A program made the translations under genes and the position numbers. Under the pieces are notes generated by a model, which worked only from the letters and a program-made list of their open reading frames with translations, had not been told where the DNA came from and searched no databases. From a virus (Duplodnaviria; Heunggongvirae; Uroviricota; Caudoviricetes), in the IMG/VR virus record IMGVR_UViG_2671180906_000004: DNA of 8,870 nucleotides; one strand, written 5' to 3'. This document shows positions 7,512-8,870 of this stretch, one piece after another (positions within the stretch are counted from its first letter, which is position 1; the number at the start of each line of letters is the position of its first letter).

Positions 7512-7889
7512 GTGGACGGTTTCGATAATCTGTTTGATGCTGCGCTTGCCGGTGTCAATGAAGTCATTCTCCGTGATATGGGGATCAGCGCCGTCATTAC
7601 GTCCGGAGAACTTGAGGGGACACACCTGACAGGGGTTTTTGATGATCCCGAAAGTATTTCTTTTGTTGCCGGGGGGATCCGGCTTGAGGATTCCTCACCG
7701 TGCCTGTTTGTGAAAACGGCAGATATATCGCAGTTACGCCGTCAGGATACGTTAACTATCGGGGATGATTCTTTCTTTGTGGATCGTATTACTCCGGATG
7801 ACGGGGGATGCTGTTATATCCGGTTAAGGCGGGGCAGTCCTGCCCCACAGAATAATGCCAGAATGAGGCGATATGATGAAGGGACTTGA
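7512..7889 (+). CDS. FII: Head-tail joining protein FII-like
   Basis: GTG start at 7512 preceded by AGGAG (7502-7506). MDGFDNLFDAA...ITSGE..G....GVFDDPE.IS......R.E.SSP.LFV.T....QLRR.DTLTIG...F.VDR..PDDGG matches lambda gpFII (MADFDNLFDAA...GVFDDPENIS...LRRGDTLTIG...PDDGG as recalled). Confidence 0.85.
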   Translation: MDGFDNLFDAALAGVNEVILRDMGISAVITSGELEGTHLTGVFDDPESISFVAGGIRLEDSSPCLFVKTADISQLRRQDTLTIGDDSFFVDRITPDDGGCCYIRLRRGSPAPQNNARMRRYDEGT

Positions 7890-8460
7890 GAATGCCATCC
7901 GCAATCTGAACAGCCTCGATACCCGCATGGTGCCACAGACCAGCGCATGGGCGGTAAACCGTGTGGCGGCAAAGATTGTTTCTGTCGCCACACGGCAGGT
8001 TGCGCAGAATACCGTTGCCGGGGATAACCAGGTGAAAGGTATTCCCCTGAAAACGGTCAGGGAGCGTGTCAGGCTGCTTAAAGCCAGCCCCTCAGGAAAA
8101 ATGTATGCCCGCATGCGTGTTAACCGGGGTAACCTGCCCGCCATTAAGCTGGGTACCGCACAGGTCAGACTGGCCCGCTCCCGGCATGGCAGCAACTCAC
8201 GTCATCGTGGCAGCGTACTGAAAGTGGGGAAATACCTTTTCCGGGATGCGTTTATTCAGCAACTGGCGAATGGTCGCTGGCATGTGATGCGGCGTATTGA
8301 CGGCAAAAATCGTTACCCCATTGATGTGGTGAAAATCCCGATGTCCGGACCGCTGACACAGGCATTTGAAGATGCCCGCGACCGCATCATTGCTGCGGAA
8401 ATGCCGAAACAGCTGGGGTATGCCCTGAAACAACAACTGAGGTTACATCTGAGTAAATGA
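7873..8460 (+). CDS. Z: Tail assembly / head-tail joining protein Z-like
   Basis: MMKGLE N-terminus, NRVA, LPAIKLG, AFIQQL.NGRWHVM.R..GKNRYPIDVVKIPM, LGYAL..QLR match lambda gpZ as recalled. GAGG at 7865-7868. The start overlaps the FII 3' end by 17 nt. Confidence 0.85.
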   Translation: MMKGLENAIRNLNSLDTRMVPQTSAWAVNRVAAKIVSVATRQVAQNTVAGDNQVKGIPLKTVRERVRLLKASPSGKMYARMRVNRGNLPAIKLGTAQVRLARSRHGSNSRHRGSVLKVGKYLFRDAFIQQLANGRWHVMRRIDGKNRYPIDVVKIPMSGPLTQAFEDARDRIIAAEMPKQLGYALKQQLRLHLSK

Positions 8461-8858
8461 ACCGACACACACAAATCCGTCAGAGCGTGCTGGCACGCCT
8501 TCGGGAACAGTGTGGAGACAGCGCCACGTTTTTTGACGGGCTTCCGGCATTTATTGATGCGCAGGAACTGCCCGCCGTGGCGGTGTGGCTGAGTGATGCG
8601 CAGTACACCGGAAAAATGACGGATGAGGACGACTGGCAGGCTGTTCTGCATATTGCCGTTTTCGTCCGTGCACAGGCGCCGGATTCTGAGCTGGATACGT
8701 GGATGGAGAACACCATATTTCCGGCCATGAAGGATATTCCGGTGCTTTCCGGACTCATCGACACCATGATCCCACTCGGTTTTAACTATCAACGTGATAA
8801 TGAGATGGCCACCTGGGCGATGGCGGAAATCACGTACCAGATCACGTACACGAATTAA
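8457..8858 (+). CDS. U: Tail terminator protein U-like
   Basis: ATFFDG.PA..D....PAVAV.L..A.YTG......D.WQA.LHI.VF..AQ.PDSELD.WME..I.P...DIP.LS.LI......G..Y.RD......TY.ITY matches lambda gpU as recalled. ATGA start/stop overlap with Z. Confidence 0.9.
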   Translation: MNRHTQIRQSVLARLREQCGDSATFFDGLPAFIDAQELPAVAVWLSDAQYTGKMTDEDDWQAVLHIAVFVRAQAPDSELDTWMENTIFPAMKDIPVLSGLIDTMIPLGFNYQRDNEMATWAMAEITYQITYTN

Positions 8859-8864
8859 GGAGGT
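8857..8864 (+). promoter_or_regulatory. Shine-Dalgarno sequence for the next gene (expected major tail protein V by synteny); start codon lies beyond the window end
   Basis: AAGGAGGT lies immediately after and partly over the U stop codon. In lambda, V follows U directly. Confidence 0.5.
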
Positions 8865-8870
8865 GGTAAT

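Noticed and set aside
2280-8792. Other minus-strand and alternate-frame ORFs across the portal, protease, capsid and tail-joining genes (for example 2705-3136, 2928-3485, 4068-4535, 5608-5979, 6058-6579, 6709-7101, 7098-7625, 7824-8195, 8313-8792)
   Set aside because: All overlap conserved + strand genes of a single operon. None has independent support, and several are low-complexity Arg/Pro/Ser-rich antisense translations.

Overview
This window reads as the DNA-packaging and head-morphogenesis module of a lambda-like tailed phage or prophage, not a novel system. All genes are on the + strand, tightly packed, and in lambda order: small terminase (3' part), large terminase, W, portal, prohead protease with nested scaffold, decoration protein D, major capsid E, FI, FII, Z, U. 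The window ends on a strong ribosome-binding site for the next gene (V by synteny). Identifications rest on my recall of lambda protein sequences, not a database search. There is no cargo or accessory gene, CRISPR array, RNA gene or mobile element. The points worth a second look are a frameshift in the portal gene at a T6 run, a 97-N assembly gap inside the protease/scaffold gene, at least three tandem copies of the Nu3-like scaffold motif (lambda has one), a terminator-like hairpin after the capsid gene, a possible frame anomaly in the last ~25 codons of the large terminase, and in-frame stops at the 5' edge of the small terminase gene. The frameshift and gap suggest a draft-quality assembly or a decaying prophage.
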